From NCBI GenBank assembly GCA_951406725.2, contig OX597817.1, forward strand, positions 70,060,001 through 70,124,000: DNA of 64,000 bases, given 5' to 3'. Made by a program: the position numbers and the translations under genes. The notes under the pieces are model-generated. The model did not search any database, had not been told where the DNA came from, and was given only the letters and a program-made list of their open reading frames with translations. Numbering within the stretch: position 1 is the first letter of the stretch; every line of letters begins with the position of its first letter. Below, in pieces: positions 50,549-64,000 of this stretch. Origin of the DNA: Octopus vulgaris (Eukaryota).

Positions 50549-51979
50549 TTTGTTCGAAGGTAGTGTAAATTGAATATAATGAATAGTAAAGTCCACTATA
50601 ACTGAAGCTGTAGGGTGCAGAACAAAAGCAATAAATTAAATTCGTCGTTCTATCTTTTATTCTAGATCAGTTGTGGGCAAAATACGGTCAGTGGAACTCC
50701 CTGAATGACATATCTAATTTTACGAGGATATTAACGTTTATTGAAATTACTTTGAATTGATTTTTTGTCGTGCCGCTAGCCTGATGAGCCACATCTGATG
50801 CAGCCCGCTTCTCAAAACGGAGTGCCCATGAAACTTCGTCTGTTTCAACGCTGGGCATTCAGGTTTTTCAGTCAATTGTCACTTTTGTCGATTACCGTTG
50901 GCACGGGGCTTTTCTCTATTTCGGTTTTCGAAGGTCTCCTTAATGTTTCTGTAGGATAAAGTCATATCCTGTAGGTATGCCCGAACGGCTACGTTTTTCG
51001 CTTCGCAATCATTAGATCCCAAGGTCGATCATACACGCAGGGCAACTTCGGCAAGTAACTTTTACCCTCGGATTGACATTGCTTATCAAAAAAATCATTG
51101 TTTAATTACTTAATGAATTAAATTAGAGCTTAAATGGCTGAACATTACACAGGTGTATGTATATTTAACATAATTCTCATGCGGAATCAGCGTGTCAGAA
51201 TGAGACAAATCTGGGTCCTTTAATAACAGGAAAAATCCACCCAATTGTCTTCCAAGCATTCTTTTTCTGATTCCTTTCACTCACAGGGCTTGGGGAAATT
51301 CGAGGCTCTAGCAAAAGCCACTTGCTTACGATGCCACGCAGTAAGCCTAAATCTGGGACCTAATCATTTCAAAGCAAAAATCTTTCTGGTTGAGCAGCTA
51401 TATGTTTTGAAACATCTATCGCAGGACTCTAGCCATAATGGTGAAGGGCGCGTATATATGCTTATTTCTCCTACATTTGTTCTGTAGCTCATAGCTAGTA
51501 ATACTACTCAGTATAGGAATTTACTACTAAAGAGGAAGAAGACTGGGCTATGAAAATCTCAGCGGAGCTCTACTCGTACACACAATTTCTACTTCTGTTT
51601 ATCTAATTTCACCCTCAAAGCTTAGATTGACACGAGGCTATTTACGAAAGACACTTTATTCAAGATACCAAGCACTGTGGGTGAACTCGGAATACCATGA
51701 GTTTAAAACGAAATTCTTAACTACTAATCCATGCGTGCATCTAGAAAAATATAATGCACAATTATAGAACATTTACCGGAGGCCAAGCCAACAAGAGAGA
51801 CATGAAGGAACCATTCATCATGCTGGAAATAGCAGCAAAATCTACCTCAGATAATAGCTTGCCATTTTATTGGGAGTAGAGGCTTGTGTAGCTAGGAAAG
51901 AGGAACCTGGGATACAGTGTACATTAAAGAAGGACAGAATGATCACAGCTTGACTGTCTTTGATGATTATTCGGTGCTA

Positions 51980-52007
51980 AACAACAATAACAACAACAAC
52001 AACAACA

Positions 52008-52082
<75 letters not shown>

Positions 52083-52312
52083 ACTGCTACTACTACTAAT
52101 ACTACTACTACTGCTGCTACAGTTGCTGCTAGTGCTTATGATGATACTGATACCCCCGTAATTAGGGCAGACTTTGGCTAAACAGCAACAATAACTACTA
52201 CTACTACTAATTCTACTACTACTACTACTGCTACTGCTGCTGCTGCTGCTACTACTACTACTTCTGCTGCTGCTGCTGCTGCTGCTACAGCTGCTATTCC
52301 TACTGCTGCTGC
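51980..52312. repeat. Compound trinucleotide tract (AAC)/(TAC)/(TGC)
   Basis: Direct reading. Confidence 0.9.
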
Positions 52313-52516
52313 ACTCGTAATAGGAGCTATTGTGGCCAGCACAACAGCCACAATGACAAAAAACACACTTGTAAGTATTGATTGTTGTAGCCTTTGATCC
52401 AAAATCTTAAAACCATAATCATTATACTCTAGCACTCTAACTATTGTTAGCTTATCAGCTTGAGTTACATTTTGTTGAGTAGTCTTCTACTACTTTAAAT
52501 CTGTATCTTGGGAAGG

Positions 52517-52589
52517 TTTCACTGTCTTTACAACTCATCAGATTCGCTCACTTTCGTAAGCGAATCTGATGTGTTGTAAAACAGTGAAA
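52517..52589. repeat. Hairpin with ~31-bp arms carrying a hammerhead-like core
   Basis: TTTCACTGTCTTTACAACTCATCAGATTCGCT / AGCGAATCTGATGTGTTGTAAAACAGTGAAA. Confidence 0.75.
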
Positions 52590-52665
52590 TCTATCGACTC
52601 GGTCAACATCTCCGATAACCAAAAAGTCATCCATAGGCTTAATTTCGCGGTGAGACAAAATTCAC

Positions 52666-52898
52666 CTATTTCTTTACTACCCACAAGGGGCTAAACACAG
52701 AGAGGACGAACAAGGACAGACAAACGGATTAAGTCGATTATATCGACCCCAGTGCATAACTGGTGCTTATTTAATCGACCCCGAAAGGATGAACGGCAGA
52801 GTCGACCTCGGCGGAATTTGAACTTAGAACGTAGCGCCAGACGAAATACCGCTGAGCATTTCGTCCAGTGTGCTAACGTTTCTGCCAGCTCGCCACCT
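52666..52898 (-). mobile_element. Family B SINE, full length
   Basis: Reverse complement of 6587-6814. Confidence 0.88.
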
Positions 52899-55384
52899 TT
52901 TCGACTGGTACTTATTTATCGAGTCCAAACGAAGCCCAAGATATTTGTCCAGGCTCTCTTCTCTCTGAGTTCAAAACCAACCGAGATTATTTTTACATTT
53001 TATCCGACACTAATAAATGTTAATTTGTCAAGTTAGTCTGTTATTACTCAAGTAATTATTCTTGAAAAAACATATCCTACATAGACGCCAACACGTCCAA
53101 ATATCCATGAATAGAATGTTAACCTAGCCAATAAGGTTCCACAGCTGTCTAAACATTCCACACCAGACCAGACCAGACCAGAACAAAATAACTCGAGTAT
53201 AGACAGATTAACACCAACTAAATGCTCAATTGGCTGTATCTGTACTGTCTGCAAGTAAATGATTATAAACATTGATTAATGGGCGAATGTATAAATGAAA
53301 TACGTGTAAATACATTGAAAATGTCATCATTTAATTATCAATACTCTAAAGATTTTATCTAAATTATTATCTAATTATGATAAATGCAGTTAGAGTTTAA
53401 TGAAACGTAAGAGTTTACAATTATTATTTCTTAAATGATCTTCAAGCAATTAGGGAAATAGTTTCTAACCAAATATTGAAATCGCTCTGGAAATTTTAAA
53501 TGTTCCCCTTTCATTTTCTATTCTCTTGGTTTTAATTATTTACTGGTGTCAGTCATAGAATTGCGTCCAATAGTTTTATTAGAATATATCGACCCGAGTG
53601 TTTATTTCAGTCTGTTATTCATTTTATTGATCTCTTTTTTTTTATTAATCTGCAAGATTACAACACTTAGACAACATAAACAAAACATCGGTTTTTAAAC
53701 AAAATAGACTCGCACACACACACATACACACGTGTGTGTGAGTCCGCGTAAGTCTGTGTATTTGCATGTGTATGTGCGTGTGTGTGTGTGTGTGTGATTC
53801 ATGCGCAACCTAAAATAAGTTTACAGCCGTTAAACTAGTTTTTAACTCGTTCGACACTGAATACTTCTTATTGCGTTCTTTGTGCATAAAAAGAAAAGGA
53901 GATTGCCCTGACAGATTCCACAGTTTGCTGAGCAGTCCTCTGGAGGCAAATAATTCGCACTTCTCTACCTACGTAGATTATATATAGTAATTTGTTACTT
54001 AACTCAGGCAGCTGTACTAGACTAATGTTGAGTTCTTGAACGAGACTCTTCTTGGCCGCACTCCAGCATGGCCGCAGTTTATTGACTGAAACAAATAAAA
54101 TATATATAAGTAATCAATAAAGAAATAGAAATCGTTGATAATGCACACCAGAGCGAATATTAGAAAACCTGAAATAGCTAAACCACAGTTTTAGGGACTT
54201 TCATGTCAGAACTTTAAACGGATATGAATATTTAAATACATTAATCACACCGCCGAAAAATGCATGCTATGTAAATTAATCTAGCTTATTATAGTTAAAT
54301 TTTAATTTGTTGTTGATTCAAATAACAGAAAGAAGAGGAGATATTTTTTCTGATGAGTGGTAACAAGCCATGAATCACGTGAAGCCAAACCAATTTCTTT
54401 TCTTTTCTTTAGTCCGAAGAGACTGTAACACAATCTATTCTAGCAATCCTTGCATAATGTTTTACTACATACGCGAACACACAAACACTGTGTCTCCATA
54501 CCCAATCTCTCTTTCTCTCTTTCCTTATATATATATATATATATATATATCTAATTAATATTTATTTGAAAGTGTGAGATAGTCGCTCGCATAAAAATTG
54601 GTTTTGTGCAACCATATGTATTAAAAAAAACTTGGTTACTGCAATCTAGTAATATTAAATATTTCCCCAAGCAACTTAAATGCATTTTGATTGGATACAA
54701 ACTATTCTCGGTACTAGTTACTGCCAAAATATGTTCAGACGTTGTAGGAACCTTTCTATTCTAAACACTTCAAAGGTTTCAACTCCTAAAATATAAATAT
54801 GTTATCGCTTCTTCCACACAAAACTCCAATTCCACTGGAACTGATTTTCACATGTAAACAGGCAAGGAAATTTCAACAAAAGTAGTTACAGTCAACTGCC
54901 GCAAGAATCATTGAAGCTTTGGACGTTATATTTTTCTGAATATAATTATTATATAACTTTGCATACGCATGCATAAAACAGGTGATGGCATTAATTTCCA
55001 ATAATTTCTATAAACAATTGTATTATGACATTTTAATACTTACATGCGCGAAACATTTCCGCAAAACGCAAGATATTTTCTTCATACGATATTTTATCAT
55101 TGTTGTATGTTATCGAATAGGATTTCTTGTTTATGGAACAGAATAAATCTGCAATATTTACTGTCTTTTCACAGAACTACTCATCATGCAAAATGGACAT
55201 GACTGTTGCTCGCTTCATATAAATTTTATCCATCTTAATACATAACATCGAATGTTCACTAAATGCTAGTCAAAAGCCATTTCAGTTTTGTACAAATATT
55301 TATTCTTTATTCTATGTGTATACAATGTATGTGCGAAGGTAGAACGCCGTTTGTATTAGGATTTCATCTCGGAATAATTTCTCT

Positions 55385-55623
55385 TTAACTCTTTTGATAC
55401 CAAACCGTCTGAAACTGCTAGTGATTTTATGATAAAAATTCCTGTTTAAAAGAAATTTTAATGAAAACATTCCATCAAAATGGCATGTAAATTTATATTT
55501 CAAACACCAGCTTAATTTTAGTAAAATTATTTTACTAAAATAGTTTACTACATTCTTCATTACATTCAAAATTGATTGAATCTAAAACAGAGTATTTCAA
55601 CTGAAATATAGTAACAAATGTTA
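55385..55623. mobile_element. Possible piggyBac-like MITE (degenerate)
   Basis: TTAACTCTTTTGATACC left end; GTAACAAATGTTA decayed right end. Confidence 0.35.
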
Positions 55624-56111
55624 CATCTTGTATCGAATGGCGTCAGCGATTAAATTAAATTTTTAGTGTAACTAAATTTCTTACTTGTTGAAGATATTTT
55701 CCTGCGATTTTTTTTAAATGTGGTTGTCAAATTTCGTTGCGATGTACATTTAGGTAGAATTTCTTCAGTAATTCTTAAATTCGACCTGATAAATAATTGG
55801 TATCTAGTGAACAACTTTTTCAATACATCTTCGGTTAAAAGACCAATAAGAGATATTTTAAAATTCATAACTAGGTGCCTAAAAACTATACTTAAACAAC
55901 TTGTAATTTGCTTTTGGTTTTCTAATTTTCTAATACATGCTGTCTGTGCATAAATATTTATTAACTATTTAATCACGCAGCAGACGAACGCAAGATTTGA
56001 AAATTAGTCTAGCCATTACAACTTAACTCTAAGTCGTAATTGAGTTGAACAGTAAATTGCTATAAGCTCGCTTCGTAGGCTGACGAATGAAGGAACACTT
56101 GTGTTCTGATA

Positions 56112-56151
<40 letters not shown>

Positions 56152-56219
56152 TGAGTGTGCGTGTGTGTGCGTGCGTGTGTGTGCGTGCGAATGTGTTTAT
56201 GTACGTGTGTGTTTGTATA

Positions 56220-56790
56220 CAGGATGCGATGGGTAGATTGTCGCCATTCTATATGTTTAACTTCGCGCGTGCGCAATATTTCATTTTGATTTTGCCGACT
56301 ACACAGTATGGTAGTCTGTGAGAAAAACAGCAGTATGACGCAATTCACTCTGCAAGAAATTTGGAAACGACATGCTGTACTGCTTGCATTCGCACCGGAA
56401 CCTCCAGTACGAACAAATGGTGAACAGAACAACTGTTGGCTTGCCGTGTCCCCACAATATGCACTGAGAGTGATGAAAATCAAACATCCAGTTAACAATC
56501 ATGGTGTTTGGAGTGATCACTAGTGATGGTGACGTTATTCCTCCATTCATCTTCCCACATGATCTCAGACTCAATACGGAGGCCTGCATCAAATGCTTCG
56601 AGGAGATAGTTCTGATCTGGGTCAAGAGAGTGGCTGCTAGAAGACTCAATGTCTGGCAACAGGACTCTGCATCGTGCCACAGAAGCAGGAAAAACTAATC
56701 ATGGCTGTCAGACAATTTCTGCGATCACATCACCCCAGACATCTGGCCACCTAACTCCCTAGACTGCAACCCCGCTTGATTATTACGTAT
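56220..56790 (+). mobile_element. DD37D (maT/Bmmar1-like) transposon fragment
   Basis: TA|CAGG end; MVFGVITSDGDVIPPFIF...VWQQDSA...DIWPPNSLDCNP; truncated next to the LINE. Confidence 0.8.
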
Positions 56791-56799
56791 GCACGTATG

Positions 56800-59270
56800 T
56801 TTCTTAAGCATTTGCTCGTTACAAAGTCCTTAGACCACTGAAAACGTAATAGCTACTAGAATAAAATGGACGCTAGACAGAAGTCAATAGGTGATGTTGT
56901 ACATAGAATTAAAAGACTGGAGTTCATATTGAAGATTGTGAAAGGGAATTCCATAGTTCAGAGCTGCGAGGAAAGAAACTGGTACTGTAAAGTGATTTAC
57001 GACACTTAGGAGGTTGCATAGTATACTGATGAAAAGTGGATGCAAGACTAGTTGATCGCTGATAAGTTCTTAAAGGAGGAACCAGAGATGAGAGCTCAGC
57101 TGAACAATGTCCATGAAAATATTTATACAAAAAAGAGACAGGGAAGTCACATGACAACGATGAGAGAGTGAATCCAATTTAGAAGATAAATCAGGACTAA
57201 TAACATTACAAATACGGTGTTGAATGCGATCCAATAGAGTTAAGCAACCCGCAGGAGTACATGTTCATATGTGACAATAGTACTCAATGCATGGGCGAAT
57301 AGTGAACTTATAAAGATAAAGCATAGTCTAAGGAGGGAGATAACTCTTCGAACAAGAGAGTGAGTCTTACCTTCATTGCAGCCGATTTGGCAATAGATTC
57401 AATGTAAGTCTTCCGAGAAACATCATTACAGAAAGTCACTCCTTGGAGGCGAAGAATATGACTCTCAGGTAAGTCAATACCATCTATGGAAACCGATGGC
57501 AAGAAAGGATGTCTGATGCGATTAAGTGAAAGAAATTTAGTTTTCGATGAATTGAACGTTACAAGCCATCTCCTACCCCACTCAACAACATATCGAAGAT
57601 AATTCTGAAGGTTAGCAGTGGTCTCAACCTTATCAGACAAGTCATCAGATTTGTCCAAACAAGAGTACAAAGTAGAGTCATCAGCACAGATTACTAGCTG
57701 ACAGATGATATGATCAAGTAGATCATTGATAAAAAGAAGAAAGAGAGTTGGGCCCAGCACATATCCTTGAGGAAGCCCAGCATTAATAGAATAACTAGAT
57801 GAAGATTGACCATCAAGAACAATCTTGCTCCTACGGTCATAAAGGAAAGAGGAGCTGACGTTCAGCATGAAAAATGGTACACCAAAGAGTTGGAGCTTCC
57901 ATAGAAATCCAGTATGCCGAACCCTATCAAATGCTTTAGAGATGTCAAGAGCAACTGCCCTAGCTTGACCAGATACATTCAAGGCACAATAAACACGCTC
58001 GGATATAAAAGTGAGAAGATCAATAGTAGACCGTCCAGTACGGAAACCATATTGACAGTCGGAGAATAAACGATTTGAGTCAAGATATTTTATAAGAGAG
58101 TCATTAATCAAGATCTCAAAAACTTTACTGATGATTGGTAGTAGACTAATTAGTCTATAATTACAAGGATTAGCTCGATCACAACAGTTCTTAGAGACAG
58201 GAACAACAGTTGGGAATTTCCATACAGAAGGAAAGCAAGATTCTGAGAAACACTTTCGGAAGAGCCTAGGTAAGAAAGAAGACAACTCAGGGGAGCATTT
58301 CTGAAGAACAACGACTGGAATACCATGAGGTCCAGTTGCTTTACATGGCTCCAAACGTGCCACAATAGCCGCAACCTTATCAGAAGTAATATGACAAATG
58401 TGTAACGGTTTATCAGTTTTGAGAAAAACATCAGGAAGTGGATGACCAGAGTCATCGAGAATAAAGTGAGAACTAAACAGTTGAGCAAAGAGCTCTGATT
58501 TATCATTAGATGTTGTCAAGACCTCAGGTCCGTTGAATAAAGGGGGAATAGAAGATTTATTGTTACCTCTAACACTTTTAATAATTCTCCAGAAGTCATG
58601 AGAGCCCACTTTCTGGGATGATATACGGTCATGAATGTGCTGCTCGTAGTCTTGTTTAGCATCACGAATGACAGCCCTACAGTGATTGCGATCATTGGTG
58701 AAAGGCTGTTTATTCACTGCAGAATTATCTCGCTGATTGGTGGAAAATAAATGATTACGATGGGCGATAGCAGCAGCATAAGCAGAAGAAAACCAGGGTG
58801 AGGAATGGGGTTTCAGGTGCGAGATGCGAGATTATATGAAAGTGTTAATTCCAGCGGAAATCAAAGTAGTAACTTCCCCACCACAGGCCTCAGCATGTTT
58901 AGCAAAAATATCAGTCCACGATCATAGCTAAATAGAGTACGATGAATTGGGGACTCCTTGGCAACCGAACAACTCAGTGAAACGTCAACTGAAACAACAT
59001 GATCAGATTCCCCGAGTGGAGAATCATGACAAATCTTAGAGATATCAAGATTTGATGCCAAACAGAGTTCAAGGAGGGAGGAAAATTGGTCCCCTCGATC
59101 AGAAATGCAAGTAGGAAAGTCAACCAGTTTTGTGAGCGATTGAGAAAGTGCAAAATTACACACTTCAATGCCAGATGCACTAGTGCTATGAGAAAACTTA
59201 AGCCACTCTTCATGGTGAATATGTACTGGATTTTCAGATAAAGAAATCAACTAACTGATTCGCAATTTAC
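56800..59270 (-). mobile_element. CR1/Jockey-group LINE, 5' truncated, decayed (APE C-terminus plus RT)
   Basis: ORF 57308-58717: NYRLISLLP, QYGFRTGRST, LDISKAFDRV, GLPQGYVLGPTLFLLFINDL, ICADDSTL; ORF 58861-59250 has PLGESDH (APE); 3' SFFPRSSELWNSL. Confidence 0.92.
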
Positions 59271-59288
59271 AAATACAATTTACAAATA

Positions 59289-59688
59289 GGCGCAGGAGTG
59301 GCTGTGTAGTAAGTAACTTGCTTACGAATTACATGGTTCCGGGTTCAGTCCAACTGCGTGGCACCTTGAGCAAGTGTCTTCTACTAAAGCCTCGGGCCTA
59401 CCAAAGCCTTCTGAGTGGATTTGGTAGGCGGAAACTGAAAGAAGCCCGTAGTATGTATTTATATATATGTATGTGTGTGTATATGTTTGTGTGTCTGTGT
59501 TTGTCCTCCCAACATCGCTTGACAACCGATGGTGGTGTGTTTACGTCCCCGTAACTAAGCGGTTCGGCAAACAGACCGATAGAATAAGTAATAAGCTAAC
59601 AAGAATTAGTCCTGGGGTCGATGTGCTCGACTAAAGGTGGTGCTCCAGCATGGCCACATTCAAATGACTGAAACTAGTAAAGAGAAAC
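59289..59688 (+). mobile_element. SINE family A, full length
   Basis: GGCGCAGGAGTGGCTGTGTAGTAAG head, B-box GGTTCAGTCC, complete body and tail. Confidence 0.88.
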
Positions 59689-60340
59689 AATCTGTACGCG
59701 GAACAGTAAAACTATGCAAGACTTTTCGAAGGTTTAAAGTGTGACATTGTTTCCGTTATTTACATTCCAAAGATGGAGTTTTGAATCTTTGTTAGAAACC
59801 AGCGCCTACTTCGAAGGAAGAATTTAAATGATTAAATACAGAAGAGACGTATGTACATACATACATACATACATACATACATACATACATACATACATAC
59901 ATACATACATACATACATACATAGAACAAGGTGGGTAAGCCAGAACTTCTCAAATGGTTGTCACCTATCATTCTGGCTTGCCAGAAGACGTCTGATATTA
60001 TACCGATCACATAAATGTTTTGTTAACACATGTACTATTATGCAAATTAGGCAGGGCAATTACATCCTGTACGACCTCCCATATAATGTAAACAGCTTTA
60101 TACTAATATCTATATTCTCTTTCAGAAAACCATCTCTGGTAAATCATAAATAAATATTGAAACTAGTAAAATCGATCTATTTCTCTGTTCGCACAGAGGA
60201 TAGCTTTTGATTTCACAGTTAACCTAAAATGTTTACTGATATCACACGCTATGATTAATTTTGTACAGTATATACACACGCACAAATATACACACAATTA
60301 TACACACACACACACACACACAAATATACACACACAATTG

Positions 60341-60403
<63 letters not shown>

Positions 60404-60809
60404 CATATCAATTGGTTTCAATCACGTCGATCGTGGTTATTAGCTTGGTAGCTTCATATGTGTGATTGGCTAACGGATTATACTAAGAAAGAAAAAACTG
60501 ATAAATTAATTAATTTATCAATTAATGATATTGAAATTTTGCCATACCATTATAGAATTAAAAAATGATTATTTAAAGAAAACAGATGCTCCACATTTCC
60601 AAAGTCAGTAGTAACCTAAGTCACGTATGGTATACAAGAAATAAATATAATAAAAGGTGAATCCAGTCAGTTTTTGTCAACTTAGCAATCAGATGCTTGA
60701 GATCGTGAAGGGTGATTTTAATGACGTAATGCAAGATTTATGAATATCATGCCATGCTACCGAAACACACGCAGCACGTATTGAACTGCTATCCTTCCAT
60801 ACCTTTTTA

Positions 60810-60857
<48 letters not shown>

Positions 60858-60867
60858 ATATATGCAT

Positions 60868-62067
60868 ACAGTTTGTGGGTGAATAGGATATTTGAGGACA
60901 GATTTATCTTTATAAAAATGCTGATATATAACAACAGATAATAAATTTATTTATCAAAATATGCTATGAGGATAAAAATAAACCTTATCTATAGTGTTAT
61001 TCAATAAAGCCACTTTCAGCTTCAACAACTGCTTCTATAAGAGATCTAAATCATCTACATGCTTGAATCAAGTGGTCCTGGTTCATTTTGGACATTACTC
61101 TGACTATGGCAGCTTCCAAAGAATCATTGGTGTTATGGGCGTGTTCACTGACCTCAACAACGCTCCACATGTAATAGTCCAATAGATTGAGATCTGGGGA
61201 ATTAGAAGGCCAAATGTTAAGAGTTATGTGATCATGAAAATTTTCAGCCATCCATTCCTGTGTTACTAGAGCCATTTGTGATAGTGCAGAGTCATGCTGA
61301 AACACATGTGGTCATCCATTGCATACACTGTCTGTCCAGAGCTTAACAATTATTTCCAGGACCTCAATGTAGGCGGCAGAGTTAACTCTAAGGCCTTGTG
61401 GAAAGAAGGAGGGATCACATATACTATATCTACGACAGTTGCAGGAAATGTTGTATGCATAACACTTGTAACTTCAGAAGGGCCAGCACATAACCATCAG
61501 TCATTTCTTCTGTTAACGTTTTGAACATAGTCGGAGTTTCTCTCGTTTGAGAAAAACCAAATCAAATCTTCTGCTGAATTTGTCAGTTTGTTTAAGAGCC
61601 CTTTAGATCTGATGTAGTGATTTTCTTTTACTTTTTCTGACATCATATAAGACTTATATCTGATGTCTTCGTGGATAACATTTCTGATTCATTCTTCTGA
61701 CACATGGAGATCTTTTGCAATTGACCTCATGGACTTTCTAGGATTGTAACCAATGGTGTGTTGAACTTACTGGATAAATTCAGGTGTTCTGATGATTTCA
61801 GAGCGTTTAGAATGCTTTTTATGCTTTGATACTGGTGATACGTTTCCATCTTTAGTCTCTAGCTCCTTACAAACTTTGTAGACGAAAAATCTCGCAACTT
61901 TTAAAAATTGAGATATTTCTAAGTCGCTATACTCAGCCTTTATAACCACAATAACAGCATGCATCTTCATTTTTTGAGTAAGCTGAGGGTCTGCTGTTAT
62001 TATTTTCTGCAACAATGATTATACAGAGTTAGCAAAAAAGGTATGTTCTCAAATATCTTACGCACTA
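60868..62067 (-). mobile_element. DD37D (maT-like) transposon, decayed
   Basis: TIR-like TAGGATATTTGAGGACA / TGTTCTCAAATATCTTA; ORF 61051-61305 QHD-37 aa-D (WPSNSPDLNLLDY); N-terminal HTH ORF 61767-62015. Confidence 0.85.
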
Positions 62068-62077
62068 TATATATACA

Positions 62078-62291
<214 letters not shown>

Positions 62292-62348
62292 GTGAAACAA
62301 GGTGGAAAAAAGAGTACTCAAATACCAGTGGTAGAGTAATATGCTTTA

Positions 62349-62850
<502 letters not shown>

Positions 62851-62955
62851 ATATTTGAGCTGGTGGTGCTTAAGAGATCACATGTTGAAAAGAACAAAAT
62901 TTGGAGGTAGTTGAAAAATGGTTTTATAATGCAAGAGAGTTCCAAAAATGGAATG

Positions 62956-62990
<35 letters not shown>

Positions 62991-63127
62991 AAGATGACAA
63001 GTGTATTTGTGCGTGCGTGTGTCTGTGTGTATTTTTGGTGAATAGAGGTAATGACAAAGCCAGCTGTGGTGATGACTGCTAGCTGTTTGTGTCAAGCTAG
63101 GTCAAAGCCAGGTCAAAAAAAATCATA

Positions 63128-64000
63128 GTGTGTGTGTTGTTTGTAGTGTGTGTGTGTGTGTACATGTGTGTGTTCGTGTGTGTATGCGTAGAGTGTGGGT
63201 GTGTGGCGTAACCTAGTACGTGTGTGCTTTTACGTGCGTGTGTGTGTGTAGGGGGATGTATATGTGGGTTCATTTGTGTGAGAGTGTATGTATGTGCGTG
63301 TATGTGTGCGTTTGTATGTGTTTCTGTGTATGTGTGCGTGCGCGGATAGGTGTATATTGTGTATGTATATCTGTCGGTGTGTATGTGAGTTTGTGTGTGT
63401 TTGTACGCGTGTATGTATGTGTGAGTGTATAGTATATATATATATGTAAATGTGTGTGTGTGTGCGTGTGTGTGTACGTGCGTGCGAGTGAATGTATGTA
63501 TATATGTGTGCGTGTGTGTACAATGTAGGGGCTTATATGTGTGTTTATATGTGTGTGTGTATGTATGTGTGTATGTGTGTGTATGTGTATGTATGTATGT
63601 ATATATATGCGTGTGTATATGTATGTATGTGTGTATGTGTGTGTGTATGTGTGTATGCATGCATGTGTGTATGTATGTATGTGTGTATGTGTGTGTGTAT
63701 GTGTGTATGTATGTATGTATGTATGTATGTATGTATGTGTGTGTGTGTATGTGTGTGTGTATGTATGTATGTACGTACGTATGTATGTATGTGTGTGTGT
63801 ATGTATGTATGTACGTATGTGTGTATGTATGTATTTTTGCATGCGTGTATGTGTGTATGTGCGTGTGTGTACATATGTATGTTTATGTATGTGTGTGTAG
63901 GTATCTATTTATGTATGTAGTGTATGTATGTGTGTGTATGTATGTATGTGTGCATGCGTGTATGTGTGCATGTGTGTGTGTTTGTATGTATGTATATATA
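63128..64000. repeat. Long degenerate (GT)/(GTAT) low-complexity tract
   Basis: Direct reading; source of the spurious His/Thr and Cys/Val ORFs. Confidence 0.95.

Noticed and set aside
50770-50830. CTGATGAG motif as a hammerhead
   Set aside because: No properly placed GAAA or helices; lies in what looks like a decayed hAT-type MITE end
51917-52435. Poly-N/Y/C and poly-A/V ORFs as low-complexity proteins
   Set aside because: Compound trinucleotide microsatellite; no splice or coding context
57308-58717. 469-aa ORF as a functional or domesticated RT gene
   Set aside because: Catalytic YADD reads CADD, flanking parts are frameshifted, element is 5' truncated

Overview
Eukaryotic, AT-rich, repeat-saturated non-coding DNA (intron or intergenic). 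The SINE families and microsatellite load point to an octopus (coleoid cephalopod) genome; this is an inference from repeat content. I found no host protein-coding exon, tRNA or rRNA gene, and most ORF-track entries are translated microsatellites. The window is a nested mosaic of several element classes. It holds two abundant tRNA-derived SINE families (CORE-like 'family A' and Nin-domain 'family B') and DD34D and DD37D mariner-type transposons. It also holds non-autonomous Helitrons with a Helentron-like (HINE) element, a decayed Ty3/Gypsy provirus, CR1-like, RTE, R4/Dong-like and Tx1/L1-like LINE fragments, and Penelope-like remnants. The main unexplained signal is about nine minimal type-I hammerhead-ribozyme-like motifs (CUGANGA...GAAA plus a palindromic helix III). 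They come from several unrelated repeat families, and most sit inside inverted repeats or beside (TA)n tracts, as expected of Penelope-like terminal repeats or retrozyme-like elements. Boundaries of old repeats are approximate and all folding was done by eye.
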